From NCBI GenBank assembly GCA_041747155.1, contig JBGTFQ010000188.1:1090-65089 (forward strand): a DNA stretch of 64,000 nt. The letters are read 5' to 3'. The first letter of the stretch is position 1, and each line of letters opens with the position of its first letter. The translations under genes and the position numbers were made by a program. A model generated the notes under the pieces. It ran no database searches, had not been told where the DNA came from, and saw nothing but the letters and a program-made list of their open reading frames with translations. Below, one piece after another: positions 28,029 to 37,545 of the stretch. This DNA is from Rubrobacteraceae bacterium. GTDB taxonomy: Bacteria; Actinomycetota; Rubrobacteria; Rubrobacterales; Rubrobacteraceae.

Positions 28029-30467
28029 ATGAAGCCGGTGATCCAACGTCCCCGAAACGAGCCCAATCGCGCCCTGCCGGGTATCCTGGCCTGCTTGCTG
28101 TTCGCGGCGTGCGCTGCGCTCGCAGTCCTTTATGGTACGCAGCCCCCCGCTGCCGTACCGCCCGATGCCCCGGCGGCGGAGTTCTCCTCCGGCCGCGCAA
28201 TAGAGCACGCACGCCGCGTCGGCCGGGAGCCGCACCCTACAGGGTCGCCCGAGAACGCCCGGGTGCGCGAGTACATCCTCGGGGAGCTGGCTTCGTTCGG
28301 GCTCGACCCGCGGGTGCAGAAAGCGACGGTCGTGGACGAAGAGTATGGGTCCCCCTACGGCGCGGCCATCGTCCGCAACGTGCTCGTCAGGATCGAGGGT
28401 ACCGGGAGCGAAGCTGGCGACGCCGGCGACAACGGGGCGGTGATGCTCGCCGCCCACTACGATTCGGTGCCGGTCAGCCCCGGCGCGAACGACGACGGGG
28501 CTGGCGTGGCGACGCTCCTTGAGACCGCGCGGGCGCTCTCTTCCGGTCCTCCGCTACGGAACGACGTGATCTTCCTGTTTACCGACGGCGAGGAGCTTGG
28601 CCTGCTCGGCGCCGAAACCTTCGTCGAGGAGCACCCCTGGGCTGACGACGTAGACGTGGCGTTGAACTTTGAGGCGGGGGGCAGCAAACGGAGCCCGTCC
28701 GTGATGTTCGAGACCAGCGCCCAAAACGAACGCCTCCTCGCGGAGTTCGCCCGTGCGGTCCGCCGTCCGGTCGCCTCCTCGGCCACCTACGAGGTCTACA
28801 AGTACCGGCCGTTCGACACCGACCTGACCGAGTTCAAGGAGGCCGGCATGGCGAGCCTGAACTTCGCGTACTGGGGCGACGCCATCCGCTACCACACGCC
28901 GCTGGACGTCCCGGACAGCGTCAGCGAAAGAAACCTGCAGCATCACGGCTCCTACGCCCTGGCCCTGGCCCGGCACTTCGGAGACGCGGACCCTGCGGAC
29001 CTGAGAGACCTGAAGCCCGACGCCGGCGGAGGCAACGCCGTGTACTTCGACGTGCTCGGTCTCTTCTTTGTCCGTTACCCTACCACCTGGGCCTTCGTGT
29101 TCGCGATCTTCGCGGCGTTCCTGTTCGCCGGGGTGGTCGTACTCGGTTTCCGGCGCGGGCTCCTGACAGGCCGCGGCATCCTGGCCGGCTCTCTCGTCTC
29201 GCTGCTCGCACTTGCCGTCGTTCCAGCGGTCGCCGCCGCCCTCTTTCCGCTGCTCCGCTTTCTGGGTGACGGGCGCCCGGTCAACATAAGCGAGGGCGAC
29301 GTCTACTACAGCGGCATCTACGCTCTGGGTTTCCTCGCCGCAATCCTCGCGCTGATCGTTACCATTTACGGTTTCGCCGGCCGCCGGGTAGGCGGTCAAA
29401 ACCTCGCCGTAGGAGCGCTCGTGCCGTGGCTGGTGCTCTGCCTGCTGAGCCTGGCGGTCGCGCCGGGCGCGAGCTTCGTGTCTACCTGGCCGCTCATCCT
29501 CGCGCTGCTGGGGCTCGGCGCCTCGTTCCTCTTGGCCGGGGCCCGCCGCAGCTCCGGAGCCTCCTACCTTCGCGTGGCCCTGCTCCTGATCTCCGGCACG
29601 ACATCCGTCGCCTTGCTCGCGCCGCTCGTATACCTGCTGCACCTGGATCTCTCCGTGGGCTACGCGGCCGTGACCGCAGTGCCCATCGTCCTGGCCATCG
29701 GGCTGCTCGTAGGACCCGTGGCGCTAATCGGCGGCGTAGGCGCCCGCGTGCCCGCATGGGCCCCGGTCGGTCTGGCGCTCGCCGCCGCAGCATTCCTCTT
29801 GGCCGGTAGCCTGCTCTCCGGTTTCGACGTTAAGCATCCCCGCCCCGACGACATCCTCTACGCCCTGGACGCCGACACCGGAGAAGCGGCGTGGGCCACC
29901 TACGAGGAAGATACCGACGCCTACACGTCGCGGTTTGTCGGGCGGGATGCCGAGAAAGGTTCTCTGGAAGACTTCCTGCCCCTCGGCGGCCCCGCGCTCC
30001 TGGACGAGGCGCCGCCTGTACCGCTCGCCGCGCCCACCGTGGAGGTCCTCGACGACACGACCGGCAGCGACGCGCGGACGCTCAGGCTCCGGGTATCGTC
30101 CCCGCGCGGCGCGGAGGAGCTCTTGTTGTGGCTGGAATCCGAAGGGCTCGGGAACCCTGATACTCCCGTCCTCTCCGCGGCGGTGGACGGCGAGCCAGTT
30201 CAGAAGGCCGGGGAGCCGGGATGGGGCCGGTGGGGCCTTGACCTCTACGCCCCGCCCGAAAACGGCATCGAGTTGACGTTGGAGCTGAGGCCCGAGGCCC
30301 CCGTCCGGATCCGGGCCGTCGCCCTCTCAGACGGATTGCCCGACGTACCGGGCGTAGACGAAACGCGTCCCCCGGACACCATGCCCCGCTTCGCCGACAC
30401 CACCGCCGTCGGCAAGAGCTTCGACCTTACTAACGCCGGCCGTGGCTCCGGACGCAACCAACCATAG
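28029..30467 (+). CDS. membrane-anchored M28-family metallopeptidase with large polytopic C-terminal domain
   Basis: M28 motifs AAHYDSVPVSPGANDDGAGVA and FLFTDGEELGLLGAETF, followed by about 8 TM segments and a C-terminal soluble region. The start is uncertain (TTG 28002 or ATG 28029). Confidence 0.8.
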   Translation: MKPVIQRPRNEPNRALPGILACLLFAACAALAVLYGTQPPAAVPPDAPAAEFSSGRAIEHARRVGREPHPTGSPENARVREYILGELASFGLDPRVQKATVVDEEYGSPYGAAIVRNVLVRIEGTGSEAGDAGDNGAVMLAAHYDSVPVSPGANDDGAGVATLLETARALSSGPPLRNDVIFLFTDGEELGLLGAETFVEEHPWADDVDVALNFEAGGSKRSPSVMFETSAQNERLLAEFARAVRRPVASSATYEVYKYRPFDTDLTEFKEAGMASLNFAYWGDAIRYHTPLDVPDSVSERNLQHHGSYALALARHFGDADPADLRDLKPDAGGGNAVYFDVLGLFFVRYPTTWAFVFAIFAAFLFAGVVVLGFRRGLLTGRGILAGSLVSLLALAVVPAVAAALFPLLRFLGDGRPVNISEGDVYYSGIYALGFLAAILALIVTIYGFAGRRVGGQNLAVGALVPWLVLCLLSLAVAPGASFVSTWPLILALLGLGASFLLAGARRSSGASYLRVALLLISGTTSVALLAPLVYLLHLDLSVGYAAVTAVPIVLAIGLLVGPVALIGGVGARVPAWAPVGLALAAAAFLLAGSLLSGFDVKHPRPDDILYALDADTGEAAWATYEEDTDAYTSRFVGRDAEKGSLEDFLPLGGPALLDEAPPVPLAAPTVEVLDDTTGSDARTLRLRVSSPRGAEELLLWLESEGLGNPDTPVLSAAVDGEPVQKAGEPGWGRWGLDLYAPPENGIELTLELRPEAPVRIRAVALSDGLPDVPGVDETRPPDTMPRFADTTAVGKSFDLTNAGRGSGRNQP

Positions 30468-30555
30468 GAATCGCCTGGCTCCGGCACCGACGCCGTCCGG
30501 CCACGAGAACGAGATGGGTGCGGTTGGCTGCAGTCCGGCCCGTCATAAAACGCTC

Positions 30556-31230
30556 CTACTGCACCCGCGACTCGGTGTTCACTGCCCTGGCAGACGGTCG
30601 CCGCCAGACGGTCCAGGCGATCCAGGCTCCCGCAGTGGTGCTCAGGCCGTAGGTAAGAGCTTCGACCCACGGTCCTAGTGCGGCGGTGGGGAAGAGCACG
30701 GCGGAAGCTATCCAGAGAACCGCCGCTCCGCGGGGCAGGGTGTTCGACCGCCATATGGCGATGCCGAATAGAACGAACCCGATCTCGAAGAGGAATATGT
30801 TCGCTACTATCAAGAATATGTCCAGCCAGATCAGGGAATCGTACCTCTGTTCGAGGAAGGTTTGCTGGCCTTCCAGGCTCAACCCGCCAATGATCGAATC
30901 CACTGAGTCCGACGCTATCCACATCGCTGCGGCGACGAGGCCCACGATGCTCAAGACCAGCCCAACAAACGCCCAGCGTTCCGCCCGGCCGCCAGCCAGG
31001 TGCGCGTAGAGAGCGAAGAACCCGAAAATGCCCAGGAGCGTGCCGATCACGAACACGAAGTTGGATAGGACGAAGCTCGCCGAGCCGGTCCATTCCACAT
31101 AACCTGCTGCATCCACGCTAGGGTCGATGCGCTCACCGTACAGTAGAGCCGATACCAAAATAAGCAAGCTGCCCATCGGCAGGGCGATAATTCCTAGATG
31201 GATTCTGCCAGCTGCGCTTTGTGACTGCAC
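30556..31230 (-). CDS. uncharacterised polytopic membrane protein, family member A
   Basis: 224 aa with the same motif set as 26821..27486 (RIHLGIIALP, FFALYAHLAGGRAERWAF, GIAIWRSNTLPRG, AGAWIAWTVW). Confidence 0.7.
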   Translation of the reverse strand: MQSQSAAGRIHLGIIALPMGSLLILVSALLYGERIDPSVDAAGYVEWTGSASFVLSNFVFVIGTLLGIFGFFALYAHLAGGRAERWAFVGLVLSIVGLVAAAMWIASDSVDSIIGGLSLEGQQTFLEQRYDSLIWLDIFLIVANIFLFEIGFVLFGIAIWRSNTLPRGAAVLWIASAVLFPTAALGPWVEALTYGLSTTAGAWIAWTVWRRPSARAVNTESRVQ

Positions 31231-31242
31231 AGATACTCTTCC

Positions 31243-31926
31243 CTACTGCACCCTCGTCTGCGCTTCGGCTCCCGCTACCGTATGGGCCGGTTGTTGCCAG
31301 ACGGTCCAGGAGATCCAACCTCCGGCGGCCATAATCGATAGTGCGTAGAAGGCCCAGGCCCACCAGGTCAGCGGGGATACGAAGAAGAACAGGAGAGAGG
31401 CGAGCCAGAGTATCGCCGCGCCCTGGGGCAAAGTCTGAGAGCGCCAGATCGCTACCCCGAGCAGTACGTAGCCGATCGGAAACAGTCCGACTTGTAACAC
31501 GGTTCTGAATATAGATGTCCAGTCGAAAAGGTCGTACCATACTTCGAAGACGGCCTGTTGACCCTTCAGATACTGCTCGGCGGCTACCGCTTCCACCCCG
31601 CTTGCCCCGGCCGAAGCCGCGAAGGCCGAAGCGGTACCCGCTACGCAAAGAACCATCCCGAAGAAGGCCCACCGCTCCGCCCGACCGCTTGCCATGCAAG
31701 CGTAGAGAGCGACGAAGCCGAAGATGGAGAGCAAGTTGCCAAGCGACGACAGGAAGGCGGATACGGCGGCGTTCGTCGAACTTTCGTACTCGGCAAAGGC
31801 CCGAACGCTGTCAAGTGAATTCACCGCACTACCGTCCACGACCGTGGCGATGAGAAACAGAACGCCGGTTACGGGCAGAGCCAGAATTCCTAAACGTACC
31901 CTACCGGATACAGCCTGTGTTGGCAC
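31243..31926 (-). CDS. uncharacterised polytopic membrane protein, family member B
   Basis: 227 aa paralogue of A (RVRLGILALP, FVALYACMASGRAERWAFFG, GVAIWRSQTLPQG, AAGGWISWTVW). Confidence 0.7.
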   Translation of the reverse strand: MPTQAVSGRVRLGILALPVTGVLFLIATVVDGSAVNSLDSVRAFAEYESSTNAAVSAFLSSLGNLLSIFGFVALYACMASGRAERWAFFGMVLCVAGTASAFAASAGASGVEAVAAEQYLKGQQAVFEVWYDLFDWTSIFRTVLQVGLFPIGYVLLGVAIWRSQTLPQGAAILWLASLLFFFVSPLTWWAWAFYALSIMAAGGWISWTVWQQPAHTVAGAEAQTRVQ

Positions 31927-31984
31927 AGCTAGAAACCTCCCATCGCTCCCATCACAAAGGACAAGAGCATTTTAGCATCGTGTC

Positions 31985-32761
31985 TTATTCCGCACCATCT
32001 TCGGCGGCGACGCGCCGGGCGAGCACCCGCCTCTGCACCTTCTGCGAGCGCCTCCACCTGCGGACTACTCCCACGAGCAACAGCACGTCGCCGATCACGA
32101 GCCCCGCAAGTCCTCCCGCCACCGGGTTAAGTACCGAGGGAACGAAAAAGTTTATTTCGAGGGAGCTGAAGACCACCAGATATAGGCTGCCGAACGACAC
32201 GGCCGCCAGCGCCACGACGCCGTTTGCAACAGCAAGAACGGTCTTCTGCACAGCGCTCCGGCGCTGCTCCGATATTCCATCTATCCCAACCATCCGGCCG
32301 TCTACCTCGATCTCACCCTGCTCTGAGTCCGCCACGACCGCCTCCAGCAGCACCATGTTACCGTCGTTTATGAGGACCGGCGCCAGCGCCACCCTCTCTG
32401 GGGTGTGATCCGACAGTTCGCGCAGGGTCGCACCTATGCCGGACGGAGCCTCTTCTACCACCTCCGCGCCCAAAATCCGGGCTCCCTCGCCGAAACCCAC
32501 CGTGATGGGCCGGGCGTAGTGCGAGCGATCTATATGCCGGCCCGAGGAATTCTTCAACTCGACCACGACTACCCGCACTTCCTCGCCGGCGATTTCGCCA
32601 GGCCCGTCCTCTCCATCCGCCTCTGCTGCGATCTCAAACAGCCCGTCGTAGCGCACCACGTAGGTAAACTCCTTGCGATGCAAGAGCAGCACGGGGGCGA
32701 GAATAGCGACCAGGACCACGATAGTAGACAGCACAAAGAGAGGCTCGGCCAGGACATTCAT
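31985..32761 (-). CDS. uncharacterised membrane-anchored protein, family member C
   Basis: 258 aa from ATG 32761 (MNVLAEP...). N-terminal TM, acidic linker, central soluble region, C-terminal TM pair and basic tail. It is first in the C-B-A gene order. Confidence 0.6.
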   Translation of the reverse strand: MNVLAEPLFVLSTIVVLVAILAPVLLLHRKEFTYVVRYDGLFEIAAEADGEDGPGEIAGEEVRVVVVELKNSSGRHIDRSHYARPITVGFGEGARILGAEVVEEAPSGIGATLRELSDHTPERVALAPVLINDGNMVLLEAVVADSEQGEIEVDGRMVGIDGISEQRRSAVQKTVLAVANGVVALAAVSFGSLYLVVFSSLEINFFVPSVLNPVAGGLAGLVIGDVLLLVGVVRRWRRSQKVQRRVLARRVAAEDGAE

Positions 32762-33120
32762 TGCTCTCTCACCAACACCCGGACTTTTCCTCGCTCCGTG
32801 CCGATCCTCGACGCCCCATACCGGGAATCCTACCCTATGCCTGCCGCAACCGGGAGCCGTCGTTGTGAGGGGCAGTGAAGCCCAATCGGCTACTCCGTCG
32901 CATCTGATAGCGCCCAGATATCCGAAGCGCGCCAAGAATGAAATTTCTTGCATGTAAAGTATTTAATAGCACAAGCGTTGCAGCGCCGCTATCGTGGTCT
33001 CAGAAGACAGCGCAGGTGACCGGGGTGAATCGTCTTTCTGAGCCCTGCTAGTCCGGGCAAAAGGTGCTCTGCGCACTCTGAAGGACCGGCTCAAGATATG
33101 GCCAGGGAAAGTTGGCGACT

Positions 33121-33840
33121 ATGAAGCAAACCACGAGAGGCACGCCCGGAGACCCGGAAGGCTTCGTCCGGCGCAACAAGCGGACGTTCATCATCCGGCT
33201 CGTGGCGGGCGCAATAGTAGCCGTGGCCGTCGCGTTGGCCCTGATCCTGACCGGCCAGGGAGAGCTTCTCTGGCAGTTCTTCTCCGACCGAGAGCGTATC
33301 CAGGGGTTAGTGGACAATGCAGGCCTGCTCGCCCCGGCCGTGTACGTCGCCTTGCTCGTCGTGCAGGCAATCGTCGCGCCGCTGCCGGCCCCCGCGGTAG
33401 CGATGGCCGGGGGCTACTCGTTTGGTATCGTTGAGGGGTTCTTGCTGACCTGGGTCGGGGCACTGCTGGGGGGCATCTTCTCCTTCGGACTGTCGCGTCT
33501 GTTCGGCCGGGGCTTCGTCGCCAGCAGCGTCCGGCTGGAGCGGCTCGACCGCTATGTGCAGGCGCATGGCGCCATCCTGGTCTTCGTACTTCGGCTCATA
33601 CCGCTCGTCTCCTTCGACGCCATAAGCTACGCGGCGGGCCTCAGTGGCATGTCTTTCAAGAAGTTCTTCGTCGCCACCACCCTGGGCATGGCCCCCGGCA
33701 CCTTCGTCTTCGTCTACCTCGGCGGGTCCTCGCCCGGTCTAGATGTCTGGGCCGTCCTCATTGGTCTCGCTGTCCTGGCCGTGGCTGCCTATGTCTACTT
33801 GCGGGTGCGTCTCAAGTACCGTACCCGCCGGGTATTGTGA
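33121..33840 (+). CDS. TVP38/TMEM64 (DedA/SNARE-associated) family membrane protein
   Basis: LVVQAIVAPLPAPAVAMAGGYSFG...GALLGGIFSFGLSRLFGR pattern. The start is uncertain (TTG 33112 or ATG 33121). Confidence 0.75.
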   Translation: MKQTTRGTPGDPEGFVRRNKRTFIIRLVAGAIVAVAVALALILTGQGELLWQFFSDRERIQGLVDNAGLLAPAVYVALLVVQAIVAPLPAPAVAMAGGYSFGIVEGFLLTWVGALLGGIFSFGLSRLFGRGFVASSVRLERLDRYVQAHGAILVFVLRLIPLVSFDAISYAAGLSGMSFKKFFVATTLGMAPGTFVFVYLGGSSPGLDVWAVLIGLAVLAVAAYVYLRVRLKYRTRRVL

Positions 33841-33844
33841 GGCT

Positions 33845-34077
33845 ACGTGCGCGTAGAGAGCAAAGAACCCGAAAATGCCCAGGAGGGTGCCGATCACGAA
33901 CAGGAAGTTCGACACGGCGAAGCTCGCCGAACCGGCCCACTCCGCGTAGGCTACGGGATCCGCGGTAGGGTCGATGCGCTCGCCGTACAGCAAAGCCGAG
34001 GCCATAATGAGAATAAGCCCCGTTGGCAAGGTCAGTATGCCCAATCGAACACGGCTTGCCCGGGTCTGTGAATTCAT
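33845..34077 (-). pseudogene. 3'-truncated copy of family member A (A')
   Basis: MNSQTRASRVRLGILTLP...FFALYAHV matches the first ~77 aa of A. Homology stops within about 7 nt of the stop codon of the convergent TVP38 gene. Confidence 0.7.
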
Positions 34078-34131
34078 TCGTTGTCCTTTCTCATACAATA
34101 CAGACGTACCAGCACACAGCACATCAGTATT

Positions 34132-34815
34132 CTATTGCACCCTCGTTTGGGCCTCGGTTCCAGCTACCGTGCGGGACGGTTGCTGCCAGACGGTCCAGCA
34201 GATCCAACCGCCAGCGATCGCCACCGATAGGAACGCGATGACCTCGGCCCACCAGGTCAGCGCGCCGGCGTTGATAAATAGTATGGAGGCAAACCAGAGT
34301 ATCGCCGCGCCCTGGGGCAGAGTCTGGGAACGCCAGATCGCCACCCCGAACAGCACAAGACCTATCGAGAAAAAGCCAGGAATCAGGACTAAGGAGAATA
34401 TGGACGACCAGTCGAAGAGATCGAACCATTCCGCGAAGACGGCCTGCTGACCCTCCAGGTACTGCTCGGCGGCGACCGCTTCGATGCCGCTGGCCCCGAG
34501 CGAATACGCGAAGGCCGAAGCGATGCCGGGGACGCACAGGATCATTCCGAAGAAGGCCCACCGCTCTGCCCGGCCACCCGCCATGCAGGCGTAGAGCGCG
34601 AAAAAGCCAAAGATTAAGAGTAACTGGCCCACCGCCGCCAGAAAGCTGGAGAGCGCAGCCTGCGACGAACTAACGAGCTCAGCGTAGGCCCGGAGGTCGT
34701 CTGGCGAGTCTGGATAAGGACCGAAAACGATACGGCCTGCGATGAGCAGGACGGCGCCTAATGGCAGGGCCAGTATCCCGAGACGGACCCTGCCGGATAC
34801 AGCCTGCGTCGGCAT
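34132..34815 (-). CDS. uncharacterised polytopic membrane protein, family member B'
   Basis: Begins MPTQAVSGRVRLGILALP, identical to the start of B. High similarity throughout. Confidence 0.7.
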   Translation of the reverse strand: MPTQAVSGRVRLGILALPLGAVLLIAGRIVFGPYPDSPDDLRAYAELVSSSQAALSSFLAAVGQLLLIFGFFALYACMAGGRAERWAFFGMILCVPGIASAFAYSLGASGIEAVAAEQYLEGQQAVFAEWFDLFDWSSIFSLVLIPGFFSIGLVLFGVAIWRSQTLPQGAAILWFASILFINAGALTWWAEVIAFLSVAIAGGWICWTVWQQPSRTVAGTEAQTRVQ

Positions 34816-34871
34816 CTTGAAAGCTCCCATCGTTCCCACAACAGAGGACACCAGCATGCTAGCATCATGCC

Positions 34872-35654
34872 TCATTCCGCGCCATCTCCGGCGCCGGCGC
34901 GGCGGGAGATCACCCGCCGCCGCACCGCCCTCTTGCGCCGCCACCTCCGGTACACCCCCACCAGCAACACCACGTCGCCCGCGACCAGCCCCGTCAGGGC
35001 TCCGGCCGCCGCGTTGAGTATCGAAGGGTCCAGGAAGTCCAGGTCAACGATCTCGAAAAGCACCACATACAGGCTGCCGAGCGATACGGCCACGAGCGCC
35101 GGGATACCGTTTGCCAGGGTGAGGACGGTAGTCTCCACGGTCCTCCGGCCCCGGTCTACGATGTGCCGGATGCCCACGATCCGGCCGTCCACCTCGATGG
35201 CACCCTGATGGGAGTCCGCCACTACCGCCTCCAGGAGCATCATGTCCCCGTTGTTCAGCAACACCGGCGTAAGCGCCACTCTTTCCGGGTCGCGCTCCGG
35301 CACGCCGCGCAGGGAAGACTCTATGCCGGGCGGGTCCTCCTCTACAACCTCCGCGTCCAGGATGCTTGCGCCCTCCCCGAACCCCACCGTGATGGGCCGG
35401 GTGTAGTGCGCCCGCTCGATGTTCAACCCCGAGGAGTTCCTGAGCTCCACCGCCACCACCCGCACCTGCTCGCCTTCAGGCTCCCCGTTCTGCGAGCCGT
35501 CTTCACCCTCGGGCTCTGCCGCCACCTCGAACAGCTCGTCGTAGAGCACCGTGTAGCCGAAGTCCTTGCGTGGCGCGAGCAGCACGGGCAGCAGCATGGC
35601 CGCCACGACGGCCGCCGCCCAGATCAGAAAGACCGGCCCGGCCAAAACACTCAT
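34872..35654 (-). CDS. uncharacterised membrane-anchored protein, family member C'
   Basis: 260 aa from ATG 35654 (MSVLAGP...), collinear with C (RPITVGFGEGA.IL.AEVVEE, VLLVGV.RRWRR). Confidence 0.6.
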   Translation of the reverse strand: MSVLAGPVFLIWAAAVVAAMLLPVLLAPRKDFGYTVLYDELFEVAAEPEGEDGSQNGEPEGEQVRVVAVELRNSSGLNIERAHYTRPITVGFGEGASILDAEVVEEDPPGIESSLRGVPERDPERVALTPVLLNNGDMMLLEAVVADSHQGAIEVDGRIVGIRHIVDRGRRTVETTVLTLANGIPALVAVSLGSLYVVLFEIVDLDFLDPSILNAAAGALTGLVAGDVVLLVGVYRRWRRKRAVRRRVISRRAGAGDGAE

Positions 35655-36003
35655 CGCTGTCTCGCAAACATACCGTATTCCTTTCTGCTTCATACAATCA
35701 TCGGGCAACTCCGTATCGGAAATCCTAGCTTATACCGGCTACACTAAAAAACCGAAGCTCGACCCAAAATAGTAGAACCTAGAGTATGCATAACGCGATT
35801 CCATGTCTTGCATGGACATTCAACCACCTCGAAGATTCCACGGTTCTAAGAAGAACACTTTGCTTGTGGTTGGATACCATCTTTTTTGTATGAGCCGCTG
35901 CGAAACGTTATTCTGGACTGAGAGTACTATGCCTGTCTCTAGCAAGGCGATTTTATAGCAGGATATACTACTGTGGGGAAAGTAAAATACGCTTGGGAAA
36001 TAG

Positions 36004-37533
36004 GTGAGCCTCATATCTGATTTTACCAACAATGTGATAAAAGGCATTCGAGACAGCACCTACGAGTTTGCTACCGAGGACAGGCTCTCTGGAGCTGGGT
36101 TGAAGGGAGAGCAGGATCTCCACGGGGTTCTGGAGAAGTATGCTTGGCTCTACGAGCGTGGCGTCGTGCGGCGTATGCAGGAGGCCTATCGCTCAGAAGC
36201 CGATCTTCACCTCAAGGAGCGATTGCGTCGTGTCTACTATTATCTGCTCGATGGTTACCTGGAACGGCGGACCGCCGCGATGGAGGACGCTATCGCATCT
36301 TTCGAGATGGACGCAACAAGTGAGGTGGGGGAGGATCTGATTTCCTATCATGACATTCCGGCACTCATTACCGTAGAACCGGATTTCGAAAAACGCAACC
36401 GGCTGCGGGAAACTTTTCTGAGGATAGTAGAAAAGACGAATCCCGAAAGGTCTATCATCTTGCAAATCCGGTTGGAGATACTTCAAGTAGAGTTCGGCTA
36501 CACTAGTTACGCGGCCTACGTCAGCGAGAAGAAGTGCCTCGACCATCACCGCCTCCTTTCTCGATTGGAAAAACTTCTTCAACAAACGGAAGACATGTAC
36601 GAGGCCCATATGTGCCGGTGGGTGGAAGAGACAACGAATCGGAAGTTTGGTGAGATCGGGGATCATCATTTCTCCTATATGGCTGGCATTCACCGCTATG
36701 ACACCTACTTTGAGAGCAACAGGTTGATCGAAGTCTATAAGCGGACACTTGCCGACATGGGCCTGAACCGTTGGGCACAGGAAAACATACACCTGGATGC
36801 TGAAGAACGCCCCGCAAAAGATCCGCGACCTTGCTGCTACGTACCCGACCCACCGGGTGAGGTTCACCTGGTCATCAAGCCTGTCGGTGGCTTCGAGGAT
36901 TACGTCAATTTTTTCCACGAAGCCGGCCACGCCCAGCACTACGCCAACGAGGATTCTACCCTCGACTACGTCGACCGGGCCATGCCCACGAGCTATGCCC
37001 TGACCGAGGTGTACGCCTTCCTCATGCAGAACCTTACTCAGAACAAGGCTTGGTTGCGAAACATCGCTGGACTGCCTGAAGAGGCGGCCCGCAGGGTGAT
37101 TTACCATGCCAAGCTTACAGATTTATACTTTCTGCGACGTTACGTCGCAAAACTAAAATACGAGCTGGATTTCTATAAAGAGCCGGAAAATGAGGAGCGT
37201 AACCGAAGGCTCTACGCTATCTGCCTCTCCTCCGTGACAGGCTTTCTAAGCCCGCCGGAGAACTATCTCAGAGACATTGATAGCGACTTTTACTCCGCCG
37301 ATTATCTAAGGGCCTGGATCACAGAGGCGATGCTCCGTCGCCATCTCGAAGGCACGTTCGGTGAAGAATGGTTCGCCCGTTCGGAAGCAGGCGCTTTCTT
37401 GCTGGAGTTATGGTCCAAAGGGGAAAGCTTGGAGAATGAGGACGTCTCCCGAATGCTCGGATACGAGCCATTCGACACTACATGCCTCGCCGAACAATAC
37501 GTTGCCTTGGAATCGCTAGATAGCTCAATGTAG
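36004..37533 (+). CDS. M3-family (oligoendopeptidase F-like) zinc metallopeptidase
   Basis: 509 aa with HExxH in FFHEAGHAQHY. Lies in a visibly lower-G+C segment. GTG start. Confidence 0.6.
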   Translation: MSLISDFTNNVIKGIRDSTYEFATEDRLSGAGLKGEQDLHGVLEKYAWLYERGVVRRMQEAYRSEADLHLKERLRRVYYYLLDGYLERRTAAMEDAIASFEMDATSEVGEDLISYHDIPALITVEPDFEKRNRLRETFLRIVEKTNPERSIILQIRLEILQVEFGYTSYAAYVSEKKCLDHHRLLSRLEKLLQQTEDMYEAHMCRWVEETTNRKFGEIGDHHFSYMAGIHRYDTYFESNRLIEVYKRTLADMGLNRWAQENIHLDAEERPAKDPRPCCYVPDPPGEVHLVIKPVGGFEDYVNFFHEAGHAQHYANEDSTLDYVDRAMPTSYALTEVYAFLMQNLTQNKAWLRNIAGLPEEAARRVIYHAKLTDLYFLRRYVAKLKYELDFYKEPENEERNRRLYAICLSSVTGFLSPPENYLRDIDSDFYSADYLRAWITEAMLRRHLEGTFGEEWFARSEAGAFLLELWSKGESLENEDVSRMLGYEPFDTTCLAEQYVALESLDSSM

Positions 37534-37545
37534 ACTACTGCTGTA

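Larger units (their letters stand above)
30556..32830 (-). repeat. segmental duplication, copy 1 (C-B-A cassette)
   Basis: Nucleotide and protein similarity to 33845..35730 runs in the same order and orientation, read by eye. One example is GTGCGCGTAGAGAGC(G/A)AAGAACCCGAAAATGCCCAGGAG. Confidence 0.7.
33845..35730 (-). repeat. segmental duplication, copy 2 (C'-B'-truncated A')
   Basis: See copy 1. Confidence 0.7.
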
